The notes: generated by a model from the sequence alone, not told the origin. 32,106 bases of DNA from Chloroflexota bacterium (GCA_026713505.1 JAPOOH010000033.1:1-32106); one strand, 5' to 3'; positions 1 through 8,364 are shown, counted from the first letter of the stretch. A program made the numbers and translations.

Positions 1-609
1 ACTGGCGTCCCAGACGCGGCCCCTGTACAGCGTCCCGTTGCCGCTGAAGAAGTCGTCCTCGCCCTTGAACCGCCTGGAGAAGACGAAACCGTTGTTGAAG
101 GTGAAGTCGTCGTCCTTGAAGAGCCGCATCGTCGGCGGGGCCGTAGTGACCGAGAGGTAGCGCGCCGGCTCCGTGCCGCTGCCGTTGAAGATCTGGTACC
201 AGGCGTTGAGCGGGATGGCGAACAGGCTGCCCTGCTTCCACTCGAACGTCCGCTTCGGCCCGTCGCCGACCCAGACGCTCGTCGCGCCGCGCCCGCTGAC
301 GATGTAGACGATCTCCTCGTACAGGTGGTGCTCCGGCTCCGACGAGCCGCCTGGCCTGATCTCCACGATCTGGGCGTCGTTGATGAGCACGGGGTAGGGG
401 ATGTTGAGCGCCGCGCCCATGCCGCCCTTCCGCTCCCATGGCCCGAGTTCCACCTTCGCGAGGTCCTCGAAGGCGTACTCATCGATGACTTTCACGCCCT
501 CCCTGGCCAGCCATGCACGGTACGGGTCTTCCAGCACGAGCTGCTCGAGCGCATCCGGGTCCGGCTCCGCTGCTCGCAGGATATCGGCGTCAGGGTCTAC
601 GGTAGTCAT
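1..609 (-). CDS. cupin-domain protein (bicupin dioxygenase-like), N-terminal 203 codons only; the gene runs off the left edge
   Basis: This gene is absent from the ORF track because it has no stop in the window. The reverse complement of 607-609 is ATG, preceded on the minus strand by GGAGGAGGG (616-624). My translation is MTTVDPDADILRAAEPDPDALEQLVLEDPYRAWLAREGVKVIDEY...RPGGSSEPEHHLYEEIVYIVSGRGATSVWVGDGPKRTFEWKQGSLFAIPLNAWYQIFNGSG. It stays open through all 203 codons to position 1. GGSSEPEHHLYEE...G fits cupin motif 1. Confidence 0.6.
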   Translation of the reverse strand, partial: MTTVDPDADILRAAEPDPDALEQLVLEDPYRAWLAREGVKVIDEYAFEDLAKVELGPWERKGGMGAALNIPYPVLINDAQIVEIRPGGSSEPEHHLYEEIVYIVSGRGATSVWVGDGPKRTFEWKQGSLFAIPLNAWYQIFNGSGTEPARYLSVTTAPPTMRLFKDDDFTFNNGFVFSRRFKGEDDFFSGNGTLYRGRVWDAS

Positions 610-693
610 TGGCGTCCCTCCTCCACGATTATGTGCCGGGTCCAACCCGCATCGTGAGCATGATAAGCAAGGGAGCGCACGCCCGCACCTCCT

Positions 694-722
694 TTGACAC
701 TCAGCGGGGCCTCGGCTATACT
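694..722 (+). promoter_or_regulatory. sigma70-type promoter for rpmH-rnpA: -35 TTGACA (694-699), 17-nt spacer, -10 TATACT (717-722)
   Basis: The -35 hexamer is a perfect consensus match, the spacing is optimal, and the -10 is near-consensus. It lies about 45 nt upstream of the rpmH GTG. A GGGCG-TTA-CGCCC hairpin (731-743) sits in the predicted leader. Confidence 0.7.
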
Positions 723-765
723 CTCCCCTCGGGCGTTACGCCCAAACCTCCGAGAGCGCAGAGAC

Positions 766-903
766 GTGCCCAAGCGTACATGGCAACCGAAGAAGCGGCG
801 CCGCCAACGGCGTCATGGGTTCATGGCGCGCATGCACACGCCGGGCGGCCGCAGGGTGCTGAGCGCACGACGCCTGAAGGGTCGCCACCGTCTCGCAGTC
901 TAA
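766..903 (+). CDS. rpmH: 50S ribosomal protein L34
   Basis: A GTG at 766 gives [45 protein letters not shown] (45 aa). This is the canonical L34 sequence and length, and rnpA follows it as in most bacteria. Confidence 0.95.
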   Translation: MPKRTWQPKKRRRQRRHGFMARMHTPGGRRVLSARRLKGRHRLAV

Positions 904-930
904 GGACCACCTTGCGGGATTCGTCTCCCC

Positions 931-1323
931 ATGACGGGGCAGGGTATCGGCCGCGCGCAGCGTATTCGCCGCCAGCGCGACTTTCAGGCATTGCGCGAAC
1001 AAGGTGCTTCGCGGGCACACCCCTTACTGGTAATGCGCGCGATTCCGAGCTCCCTCGCGCTCGCCCGCTTCGGCTTCATCGTCAGCAAGCGTGCGGCCCC
1101 GTTGTCGGTTACACGCAACCGCGTGCGCCGCAGGCTGCGGGAAGCGGTGAGGGTGCTGCCCTTCCGGGATGGCTGGGACGTGCTGCTCATCGCGCGCCAG
1201 AGCACGGCGGACGCGTCGTTCGACGCGTTGCAGGATGCGACCGCGTCGCTGGCGCGCAGACTGCGCCTGCTTACACCGGCGGACGGTTCCGGAAACGATG
1301 GGGAAGCGAGTCGTGATGCGTAA
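931..1323 (+). CDS. rnpA: ribonuclease P protein component
   Basis: The 130-aa basic protein contains [13 protein letters not shown]...RFGFIVSKR...[14 protein letters not shown], typical of RnpA. It sits in the conserved position between rpmH and yidD. Confidence 0.9.
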   Translation: MTGQGIGRAQRIRRQRDFQALREQGASRAHPLLVMRAIPSSLALARFGFIVSKRAAPLSVTRNRVRRRLREAVRVLPFRDGWDVLLIARQSTADASFDALQDATASLARRLRLLTPADGSGNDGEASRDA

Positions 1324-1570
1324 GGCCGCTGTGGCGCTGATTTCGGTCTACCAGCGGGTGCTGTCGCCCTACTGGCCGTCGTCTTGCCGCTACGAGCCGA
1401 CCTGCTCCCACTACGCCCAGGAATCGATTACCGTCCACGGCACCCTCAAGGGCGGCTGGCTCGCGCTGAAACGGCTCGCCCGCTGCGCCCCATGGGGCGG
1501 GAGCGGTTACGACCCCGTGCCTCCCCGGCACGCCAATGTGAAAGAGAACGCCGGGACCGGCCTCGCATAG
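1316..1570 (+). CDS. yidD: membrane protein insertion efficiency factor YidD
   Basis: [38 protein letters not shown]...[24 protein letters not shown] matches the YidD signature (YQ..SP....CR..PTCS.Y). The ATG at 1316 overlaps the rnpA stop (ATGcgTAA) and is preceded by GGGAAGCGAG. An alternative in-frame ATG lies at 1298. Confidence 0.85.
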   Translation: MRKAAVALISVYQRVLSPYWPSSCRYEPTCSHYAQESITVHGTLKGGWLALKRLARCAPWGGSGYDPVPPRHANVKENAGTGLA

Positions 1571-1621
1571 GCCGTCTCCGGTTACGACGGAGCATCCGCC
1601 ATCGGCGGGTGCTCCCAAAGG

Positions 1622-2803
1622 ATGCAGAGGTTGAACCAGACCGGCGCCTATCCCGGCCGCACGGGGCTCTCCCCCGCGCTCGTACTGCTCATGGCCGTCA
1701 TCCTGACCGTCCTGCTGGCCGGGTGCGCGCAGAGCCGCAACGCCGCTACGCAGAGTTGGTCCGGCGTAGCCGTCGAGGGTGACTCCACCTACGTCGGAAC
1801 TCGTGAAGGGCGCATCATCAAGCTCTCACTGGACGCCGGGCTCGCCCAGATCGGGCCGTACCAGGTCCCGCAGCCCGACCAGGAACAGGGCTTCCCCGCC
1901 CTGTATGGCACCCCGGTCGTCGAGGGCGGACGCCTCTACGCGGGGACGTACAACGGCGTAGTGGTCTCGCTGGACGCGGGCAACCTCGGCGACCCGCGAA
2001 CGTTCGAGATTCCCGGCAACGACCTGGCGAAAGGCATCGCCGGCTCGGTCGTGCCGCACAATGGCTCGCTGGTCGTGGCTGCGGCGGAGGACGCCGGGGC
2101 GGGCAGGCTGTACGTGCTCGGAGCTTCGAGCTTCGTCGAGGAGTGCCGCTACCCGGCGCGGAACGAACCTCCGGTGGGACAGCTCTGGACGACACCCGTC
2201 ATCCACAACGGGATCGCCTATTTCGGCGACCTGAGCAAGCGAGTTCACGCGGTCTCCATAGCTGACTGCAGGCTCGTATGGGACAGGCCTGCTGAATTGG
2301 GCGGAGCGATCGTCGCGCCGCCTGTCCTCGCCGGAAACCATCTCTATCTCGGCGCGTTCGACCGGGCGTTCTACCGGGTAAACCTTGCCACCGGCGCGTC
2401 GGAGAAACTATTCGAGGCGAACAGTTGGTTCTGGGGCGCTGCGGTGACAGACGGGAGGGCGTTGTACATCCCGAACATGGACGGCAACGTCTACGCGTAC
2501 GACAGCGTCTCCGGGCGCGTCCTTTGGAGCTACCCGGGCAACGACGAGGGCGAGCCGGTGCTCGCCTCTCCCGTGCTCTCGAACGGAGAACTGGTGTACG
2601 CGTCGGACTCCGGCGTTATGGTAGTGCTGGACACGCGGAACGGTAACCGCCAGTGGGACCGCCGCGTGGGGAACGAGGTCCGCGCTCCGCTCAGCGCGGA
2701 CGGGCGGATCGTGTTCCTCCACTCGCTGGACGAGACGATTACGGCGATAGATCTGGACACGAAGCAGCTGGCGTGGGAACGCAGCCTGGACGACGTGAAT
2801 TAG
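1622..2803 (+). CDS. PQQ-like (BamB/YfgL-type) beta-propeller repeat lipoprotein
   Basis: The N-terminal signal peptide has a lipobox (VLLMAVILTVLLAGC|AQS). The body has recurrent 'G.LY.G...G.V.ALD...G...W'-type blades (LYAGTYNGVVVSLD, IAYFGDLSKRVHAV, LYLGAFDRAFYRVNLATG, LYIPNMDGNVYAYDSVSGRVLW, LVYASDSGVMVVLDTRNGNRQW, IVFLHSLDETITAIDLDTKQLAW). Confidence 0.75.
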   Translation: MQRLNQTGAYPGRTGLSPALVLLMAVILTVLLAGCAQSRNAATQSWSGVAVEGDSTYVGTREGRIIKLSLDAGLAQIGPYQVPQPDQEQGFPALYGTPVVEGGRLYAGTYNGVVVSLDAGNLGDPRTFEIPGNDLAKGIAGSVVPHNGSLVVAAAEDAGAGRLYVLGASSFVEECRYPARNEPPVGQLWTTPVIHNGIAYFGDLSKRVHAVSIADCRLVWDRPAELGGAIVAPPVLAGNHLYLGAFDRAFYRVNLATGASEKLFEANSWFWGAAVTDGRALYIPNMDGNVYAYDSVSGRVLWSYPGNDEGEPVLASPVLSNGELVYASDSGVMVVLDTRNGNRQWDRRVGNEVRAPLSADGRIVFLHSLDETITAIDLDTKQLAWERSLDDVN

Positions 2804-2815
2804 GCGGCTGAGTAC

Positions 2816-3751
2816 ATGGAACTGCTGTCACTGCTCTGGGAAGAGGTCATCACCAAGCCGATGACCAACAGCCTGCTCGTCCTCTACGTCTGGCTGGGGT
2901 CCAACCTGGGTATCGCTATCATTGCGTTCACCGTCATCGTGAGGGCGCTCACCTACCCGCTCGTCGTTCGGCAGCTCCGGCAGACCCGCAAGCTCCAGGG
3001 GCTCCAGCCGCGCATCAAGGAGATCAACGAGAAGTACAAGAACAACCCCCAGGTGCGCGGCCAGGAGGTGATGAAGCTCTATAAGGAGATGGGGGTCAAC
3101 CCCGTGGGCTGTCTCGGCCCGCTGGTGATCCAGATGCCCATCTTCATCGGCCTGTTCTGGGCCATCAATGGAGTGCTGCCGTTCACTCCTGAGAACCTGG
3201 CTGGGCTTTCCGGCAAGTTGTACAGCTGGCTGCCGTTCCTGGACAGCGCGGTCCCCGTGGACCGGAACTTCCTGGGGATGGACCTTGCGCTGGAGCCGAT
3301 GCGCGTGGGGAGCATCCTCGGGTATACCCTCGTGGCGCTCTCCGGCATGAGCATGTTCGTCCAGCAGAAGATGAGCCAGGTCGCCTCGGCGGACCCGTCC
3401 CAGCAGAGCACCCAGCGCATGATGCTGTTCATGTTCCCGGTGATGTTCGGGATGTTCAGCCTCTTCTTCCCCATTGGCCTCGTCGTCTACTGGGTGGCGT
3501 CGACGCTCATCGGCATCGTGATGCAGTATTTCGTTACCGGCTGGGGCGGCCTCTTCCCGCAGGCCGAGCAGGCCCGGGGCGCCGGGACTCCGAACCTCGG
3601 CCCCACGCTGACCGCCGCTCTACCGGACAAGGAGGAAGGCGATGGAGGACCAGAGCCTCGTCAGGTCAGCGAAGACAGTCGAGGAGGCAATCGAGCTCGC
3701 AATGCTGGAGCTCGGCGTCGGTCGCGACGAAATCGAAATCGACGTCATTAG
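2816..3751 (+). CDS. yidC: membrane protein insertase YidC/Oxa1 family (short, Gram-positive-type)
   Basis: GIAIIAFTVIVRALTYPLVVRQLRQTRKLQGLQPRIKEINEKYKNNPQ...EVMKLYKEMGVNPVGCLGPLVIQMPIFIGLFWAI is the conserved YidC core. The protein has a basic C-terminal tail (RRRSRRNRNRRH). The last 110 nt overlap jag. Confidence 0.93.
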   Translation: MELLSLLWEEVITKPMTNSLLVLYVWLGSNLGIAIIAFTVIVRALTYPLVVRQLRQTRKLQGLQPRIKEINEKYKNNPQVRGQEVMKLYKEMGVNPVGCLGPLVIQMPIFIGLFWAINGVLPFTPENLAGLSGKLYSWLPFLDSAVPVDRNFLGMDLALEPMRVGSILGYTLVALSGMSMFVQQKMSQVASADPSQQSTQRMMLFMFPVMFGMFSLFFPIGLVVYWVASTLIGIVMQYFVTGWGGLFPQAEQARGAGTPNLGPTLTAALPDKEEGDGGPEPRQVSEDSRGGNRARNAGARRRSRRNRNRRH

Positions 3752-4340
3752 CCAGGGTCGCGGCGGCATTCTCGGCATCGGCGCGGAGGATGCCAGGGTT
3801 CGCGTCCGGCCCATCACGGACGGAGACGGCTCCGCAGCTGCCGCCCTCGGCATCGTGGAACGCTTTCTCGACTGGATGGACGTCGACGCCGCCGCAACCA
3901 TACGCAGCTCCGGCGGTGGCGAGGAGATGCCCATCATCGACATCCAGGGCAACGACGCCGGTCTGCTCATCGGCCATCGCGGCGAAACCCTGCGCGCCTT
4001 CCAGTTCCTCGTCAACATGACTCTGGGCAGAGGCGAAGGCCGCTCTACCGGCATCGTGCTGGACGTCGAGCAGTACCGCGAACGGCGCACGCGTCAGCTC
4101 GCCGCACTCGCCAGGCGCATGGCCCAGCGCGCCATCTCCAACGGCAGGCCGGTCGCGCTCGACCCCATGTCACCCGCCGACCGCAGGGTGATCCACTTCA
4201 CACTTGCGGATTACCAGGGCGTGGAGACGCAGAGCGAGGGCGAAGGCCAGGACCGCCGTGTCGTCATCACCGCGACCGGCATGGCCCCACGCCCGTCCCG
4301 CGGAGGACGTGGCGACGGCGGCCGCCGTTCTCGCTCCTGA
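3642..4340 (+). CDS. jag: Jag/KhpB RNA-binding protein (Jag_N + KH + R3H domains)
   Basis: A strong SD, AAGGAGGAAGG (3629-3639), precedes the ATG. The Jag_N domain is KTVEEAIELAMLELGVGRDEIEIDVI. The KH domain is IDIQGNDAGLLIGHRGETLRAFQFL. The R3H domain is ADRRVIHFTLADYQGVETQSEGEGQDRRVVI. It sits directly after yidC, as is usual. Confidence 0.9.
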   Translation: MEDQSLVRSAKTVEEAIELAMLELGVGRDEIEIDVISQGRGGILGIGAEDARVRVRPITDGDGSAAAALGIVERFLDWMDVDAAATIRSSGGGEEMPIIDIQGNDAGLLIGHRGETLRAFQFLVNMTLGRGEGRSTGIVLDVEQYRERRTRQLAALARRMAQRAISNGRPVALDPMSPADRRVIHFTLADYQGVETQSEGEGQDRRVVITATGMAPRPSRGGRGDGGRRSRS

Positions 4341-4346
4341 CGCGCC

Positions 4347-5255
4347 ATGACCGCGCAGCCCGCGCCGGAGATGCGCCTGGCTGACAGGCGCAAGCTGCTG
4401 CTCACGCTCGCATTCCCGCTCGGGCTGCTGCTCCTCTCCTCTCTCGCTGCCTGGCCGTGGCGCGCGCTCGACCTCCCCGGTGTGCTCGGTGCGCTCACGC
4501 CGCTGAGCTTCGTCCTGCTCGCCGTGACCGTGGGAGCCTCTACCTACGCGCTGCGCCGGAAGCTGCCGCTCTCCATGATCACCTGGCTGCCCGCCGGACA
4601 AGGGGCCATCGTGCTGCTTGCCACGGGGCTCCTCGCGGGCGGAGCGCAGGAGCAGCTCACCGCCCTCGCGTTCATCGTCGCCTACGGCCTGATCTTCCTC
4701 ATCGTGCTCGGCATAACGACGGCGATAGCCGCCCACGGGGGTGCGGTCGCCATTGCCTTCATCTCGTTCTTCGTCTTCACCCAGGCCGCCCGCTTCCCCG
4801 TCTTCGAGGTTGAGGGTGCGGCCTCCGGGAACGCCAGCCTGCTCACGCTTGCGGCCGCGGCGATCGCCGTCGTGGAGCTCGCTCTCATGGCATGGCTGGC
4901 TCGCAGGCTCGTGGAAGCGGCGGACGAATCGGCCACGGGGACCGCACTCTGGATCGTGGCGTTGACGCTCGCACATGGGCTGCTCGCTGGATGGCGAGAC
5001 CCCATGCTGGAAGGCTCGTTCAGCATCGGCGCTTACACCGAGCAGGTCGTCCGCTGGTTCACGTTCGCAGGCATACAGCTCGGCATGGCAGGAGTGCTCA
5101 TCCGCTTCCGGCGGGCGCAGTTCCGCGAGCAGCAGGTGCAACGGGACGCCCAGAACGCGAACGAGGAGGAAGCGCCTCCTCCCGCCGAAGAGACGCCTCC
5201 GGTCCGTCCGCCCCGCCGGGGCGGACGTCCCACGCCGAGACGGCGCCGCAGATGA
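4347..5255 (+). CDS. hypothetical polytopic membrane protein with Pro/Arg-rich C-terminal tail
   Basis: The 302-aa ORF has about 7-8 hydrophobic segments (LLLTLAFPLGLLLLSSLAAW, LSFVLLAVTVGAST, AIVLLATGLLAGG, ALAFIVAYGLIFLIVLGITTAIAA, VAIAFISFFVF, LLTLAAAAIAVVELALMAWL, ALWIVALTLAHGLLAG). It ends in ...PPPAEETPPVRPPRRGGRPTPRRRRR. I recognise no family. It starts 7 nt after the jag stop. Confidence 0.6.
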   Translation: MTAQPAPEMRLADRRKLLLTLAFPLGLLLLSSLAAWPWRALDLPGVLGALTPLSFVLLAVTVGASTYALRRKLPLSMITWLPAGQGAIVLLATGLLAGGAQEQLTALAFIVAYGLIFLIVLGITTAIAAHGGAVAIAFISFFVFTQAARFPVFEVEGAASGNASLLTLAAAAIAVVELALMAWLARRLVEAADESATGTALWIVALTLAHGLLAGWRDPMLEGSFSIGAYTEQVVRWFTFAGIQLGMAGVLIRFRRAQFREQQVQRDAQNANEEEAPPPAEETPPVRPPRRGGRPTPRRRRR

Positions 5256-5277
5256 TGTGACATCCGGCGCTTACGGG

Positions 5278-7818
5278 ATGCGCCTCGGCACGTTACGCTG
5301 GAGGCGCTATCGCTACAATCGCGCCGGGAAGCCAACCGTGACCACCCCAGCTAACGCCACGCCTGTCGCGCCTACGCGGGAGGAGGCCGCCGTTTCTCGC
5401 TACGCAGAGGTTGTGGTGGACGCGCGGACCGGCAAGCCCGGCGGCGCGTTCACCTACGCCGTACCGTCGCACATGCGCGTGCAGCCGGGGCACCTCGTGC
5501 TGGTGCCGTTCGGTAAACGCATGCTGCACGGCATCGTCACCGGCCTGCTCGAAACGCCGGACGTGGACTACACCCGCCCCATCGCGTCGTTGGTGGAGGC
5601 GCAGCCCCTGCTCTCCACAGAGCGCATCCAACTCGCCAGTTGGCTCGCACGATACTACCGCGCACCCCTGTTCGAGGCACTGATGCCCATGCTGCCGCCC
5701 GGCCTGCGCGGCGGTGCCCGCGCCCACGTACAGGCCGTAGACCACCCGCCGCAGGGAGCGGAGGAGCGGCTGTCCCAGGGTGCCCGGCGACTCCTCTCCT
5801 ATCTGCGGGCGAACCCGCGTCCGCATCGCATCGCCGCGCTTGTCGCGACCCTCGGCCCGTGGGTACGGAACGCCGGCCGGGCGCTCGTCGAGGCTGGTCT
5901 GGCCACGGAGTGGCTGAGCGAGCCGCGACACAAGCCGCATATACAGAAGAAGACCTGGCTTTCTCCCGAGGTTCCCGTTGGCACGCTGCGCACGCTCGCC
6001 GACGAGCAGCAGCGCGCGCCACGCCGCGCCGTTCTGCTGCGTGGACTCGCAGACTCGCACGGTGGCCTCATGGCGGTGGACGCTCGCAAGGGGTACGGCG
6101 CAGCTGCGGTGACCAGAATCATCGAGATGGGCGTCGCGTCGCTCCAGCTTCCGCCTCTCCCGGCGGATGCTGCCCCTTACGCCCCGCTTCTGCCTACTCC
6201 CGAGCAGCAGCGCGCGCTCGCTGCGCTCAAACGTGCGATGGACAGCCCCGCGTCGGCGCCGCGCACGTGGCTTCTCCATGGCGCGACCGGCAGCGGGAAG
6301 ACGGAGGTCTACCTGCAGGCAATAGCGCACTGCCTGGCCGAAGGACGGCGGGCCATCGCCCTCGTGCCGGAGGTGGCGCTGACGCCCCAGATGACGCAGC
6401 GGTTCGAGGAGCGTTTCCCGGGACGCGTAGGACTTCTGCACAGCAGGCTCACACCCGCGCGTCTCCGGGAGGAGTGGTGGCGCATCTTCAGTGGTGAGCG
6501 CGGCGTCGTCATCGGGCCGCGAAGCGCGCTCTTCGCCCCGGTGGACGATCTCGGCCTCATCGTGCTCGACGAGGAGCACGAGTGGACGTACAAGCAGTCT
6601 GACGCCCAACCGCACTACCACGCGCGCGCTGTTGCGGAACGGCTCGCGGGGCTCACCGGCGCAGTGGTCGTGCTCGGCAGCGCGACGCCCGACGTGGTGA
6701 CGGCATGGCGCGCGGAACAAGGGGCTGTCGGGAAGCTCGCGATGCCCGCCCGCATCGAACGCTCCGGCGCACCGACCGCGCTCGCGGAGGTCGAGGTCGT
6801 GGACATGCGAACGGAGCTGCGGGAAGGCAACCGCAGCATCTTCAGCCGTCTCCTCCAGGAGCGCCTGCAGGACACACTTGCCGCTGGCAGGCAGACCGTG
6901 CTCTTTCTCAACCGGCGCGGCGCGGCGAGTGTCGTGGCGTGCCGCAGCTGCGGGTCTGTGATGCGCTGTGCGCGCTGCTCCACCCCGCTCACCCACCACC
7001 GCGCACCCGGTAGCGACGGCCGGCTCCGCTGCCATCACTGCGGCAGGGCGCGGACAGAGCCACGGCGCTGCCCCCGGTGCCGGAGCGCCCACATCCGCTA
7101 CCTGGGACTGGGAACACAGCGGGTCGTCGAGGAAGTGGGTCGCATCGCCCCCGGCGCGCGCGTGCTGCGCTGGGACAGCGATACCGCTTCCGGCAGGGGC
7201 GCCCACGAGCGCCTGCTCCGCACGTTCGCCGACGGCAGAGCGGACGTGCTCGTAGGCACGCAGATGGTCGCAAAGGGGCTGGACGTTCCTTCAGTCGACC
7301 TCGTTGGTGTCGTGCTGGCGGACATCGGCATCCACATGCCGGACTTCCGCGCGGCGGAGCGGACCTTCCAACTGCTCACGCAGGTTGCAGGGCGCGCGGG
7401 ACGTGGCCCGGACCCCGGATACGCCGTAGTACAGACCTATCTGCCGGAGCATTATGCGGTGCAGACCGCAGCCGGACAGGACTACGCCGCCTTCTACGCC
7501 GCGGAGATGGAGCATCGCCGCGCACAGGGCAACCCGCCCTTCAGCCGCCTCGTCCGGCTGCTCTACGACGGCCACTCGGACCGGCAGACGGCGTTCAACG
7601 AAGCGCAGCAACTTGCCTGGAGTCTGCGTAGGACGGCGCGGAAGTGGGACATGCGCGGCGTGGACGTCATCGGCCCGGCGCCCACCTACCCGCCACGCAT
7701 CAGGAACGCGTGGCGCTGGCACCTGCTCATCCGTGCGGCGGAGCCGCGCCTGCTGCTGGATAAGGTGACCGTGCCGCCTTCATGGCGCGTCGACGTAGAC
7801 CCGGTCAACGTCGTGTGA
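5278..7818 (+). CDS. priA: primosomal protein N' (replication restart helicase PriA)
   Basis: YAEVVVD...FTYAVP...GHLVLVPFGKRMLHGIV is the N-terminal 3'-DNA-binding domain. Walker A is GATGSGKTEVY and the DEAH-type box is LDEEHE. The Cys-rich zinc region is CRSCGSVMRCARCSTPLTHH...LRCHHCG...CPRCRS. The start is set at the first ATG after the upstream stop; GTG 5338 is an alternative. The 4975 start in the track overlaps the previous gene and is rejected. Confidence 0.92.
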   Translation: MRLGTLRWRRYRYNRAGKPTVTTPANATPVAPTREEAAVSRYAEVVVDARTGKPGGAFTYAVPSHMRVQPGHLVLVPFGKRMLHGIVTGLLETPDVDYTRPIASLVEAQPLLSTERIQLASWLARYYRAPLFEALMPMLPPGLRGGARAHVQAVDHPPQGAEERLSQGARRLLSYLRANPRPHRIAALVATLGPWVRNAGRALVEAGLATEWLSEPRHKPHIQKKTWLSPEVPVGTLRTLADEQQRAPRRAVLLRGLADSHGGLMAVDARKGYGAAAVTRIIEMGVASLQLPPLPADAAPYAPLLPTPEQQRALAALKRAMDSPASAPRTWLLHGATGSGKTEVYLQAIAHCLAEGRRAIALVPEVALTPQMTQRFEERFPGRVGLLHSRLTPARLREEWWRIFSGERGVVIGPRSALFAPVDDLGLIVLDEEHEWTYKQSDAQPHYHARAVAERLAGLTGAVVVLGSATPDVVTAWRAEQGAVGKLAMPARIERSGAPTALAEVEVVDMRTELREGNRSIFSRLLQERLQDTLAAGRQTVLFLNRRGAASVVACRSCGSVMRCARCSTPLTHHRAPGSDGRLRCHHCGRARTEPRRCPRCRSAHIRYLGLGTQRVVEEVGRIAPGARVLRWDSDTASGRGAHERLLRTFADGRADVLVGTQMVAKGLDVPSVDLVGVVLADIGIHMPDFRAAERTFQLLTQVAGRAGRGPDPGYAVVQTYLPEHYAVQTAAGQDYAAFYAAEMEHRRAQGNPPFSRLVRLLYDGHSDRQTAFNEAQQLAWSLRRTARKWDMRGVDVIGPAPTYPPRIRNAWRWHLLIRAAEPRLLLDKVTVPPSWRVDVDPVNVV

Positions 7819-7827
7819 GGCACCCGC

Positions 7828-7833
7828 TATAAT
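7828..7833 (+). promoter_or_regulatory. -10 hexamer TATAAT placed 6 nt upstream of the def ATG (candidate leaderless promoter)
   Basis: A perfect TATAAT lies at 7828-7833, the gap is cgtcgt, and the ATG is at 7840. There is no Shine-Dalgarno sequence in between. The -35 (TCAACG, 7805-7810, 17-nt spacer) is only weak. Confidence 0.5.
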
Positions 7834-7839
7834 CGTCGT

Positions 7840-8364
7840 ATGGCCGTCCTGCAGATGCACTACATCCCGGACCCCGTCCTGCGCGAACGCGCGCGCAAGG
7901 TGCGCGACTTCGCGGACCCCGCGTTGCAGAAGCTCGCGGACGACATGATCGAATCGATGCGCTACTACAACGGCGTTGGCCTCGCTGCCAACCAGATCGG
8001 GTCGCTCAAGCGCGTCTGCGTCATCCAGATGCCGGAGGACGAGGAGCCCACCGTGCTGCTGAACCTGGAGATAACGCGCAAGGAGGGGGAGCGCGAGGTG
8101 ACGGAGGGCTGTCTGAGCCTGCCCGGCTGGCAGGGCCGGATCCTCCGAGCGGAGAAGGTATGGGCGCGCGGCACAGGGCTGGACGGCAAGCCGGTCCGCT
8201 ACAGGGGTGCTACGGAGTTGCTCGCTCAGGCGCTCGAACACGAGTGTGACCACCTGGACGGAGTGCTCTACACGGACTTCCTGCGCTCCCCGGACGACCT
8301 CTACGAGGTGGAGCAGGGGCAGGAGGAAGAAGGAGAAGGAGCGGTTCAAGCCGCGGCGGGCTAG
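7840..8364 (+). CDS. def: peptide deformylase
   Basis: All three deformylase motifs are present: [18 protein letters not shown] and HECDHLDG. The protein is 174 aa with an acidic C-terminal tail. Confidence 0.95.
   Translation: MAVLQMHYIPDPVLRERARKVRDFADPALQKLADDMIESMRYYNGVGLAANQIGSLKRVCVIQMPEDEEPTVLLNLEITRKEGEREVTEGCLSLPGWQGRILRAEKVWARGTGLDGKPVRYRGATELLAQALEHECDHLDGVLYTDFLRSPDDLYEVEQGQEEEGEGAVQAAAG

Noticed and set aside
610-765. A replication origin or DnaA-box cluster next to rpmH (oriC and dnaA often flank rpmH).
   Set aside because: No dnaA gene lies in the window. No good TTATCCACA-like boxes or AT-rich unwinding element lie in the 157-bp spacer. The upstream neighbour is a divergent cupin gene.
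4975-5277. The upstream extension of priA (the track ORF starts at 4975).
   Set aside because: It overlaps the preceding membrane-protein gene by 281 nt in another frame and encodes Ser/Arg-rich junk. PriA homology starts near YAEVVVD (about 5400).
5293-7206. A 637-aa minus-strand ORF antisense to priA. Similar long shadow ORFs are 4170-5141(-), 11179-12477(-), 12589-13305(-), 14357-15343(-), 15001-16125(-), 16112-17065(-), 19595-20851(+), 25637-26530(-), 28007-29092(-) and 30654-31760(-).
   Set aside because: Each lies fully antisense to, or out of frame with, a gene that has unambiguous conserved motifs. Their translations are Arg/Ala/Gly/Pro-rich low-complexity sequence typical of stop-poor alternative frames in GC-rich DNA. 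None shows any family signature.
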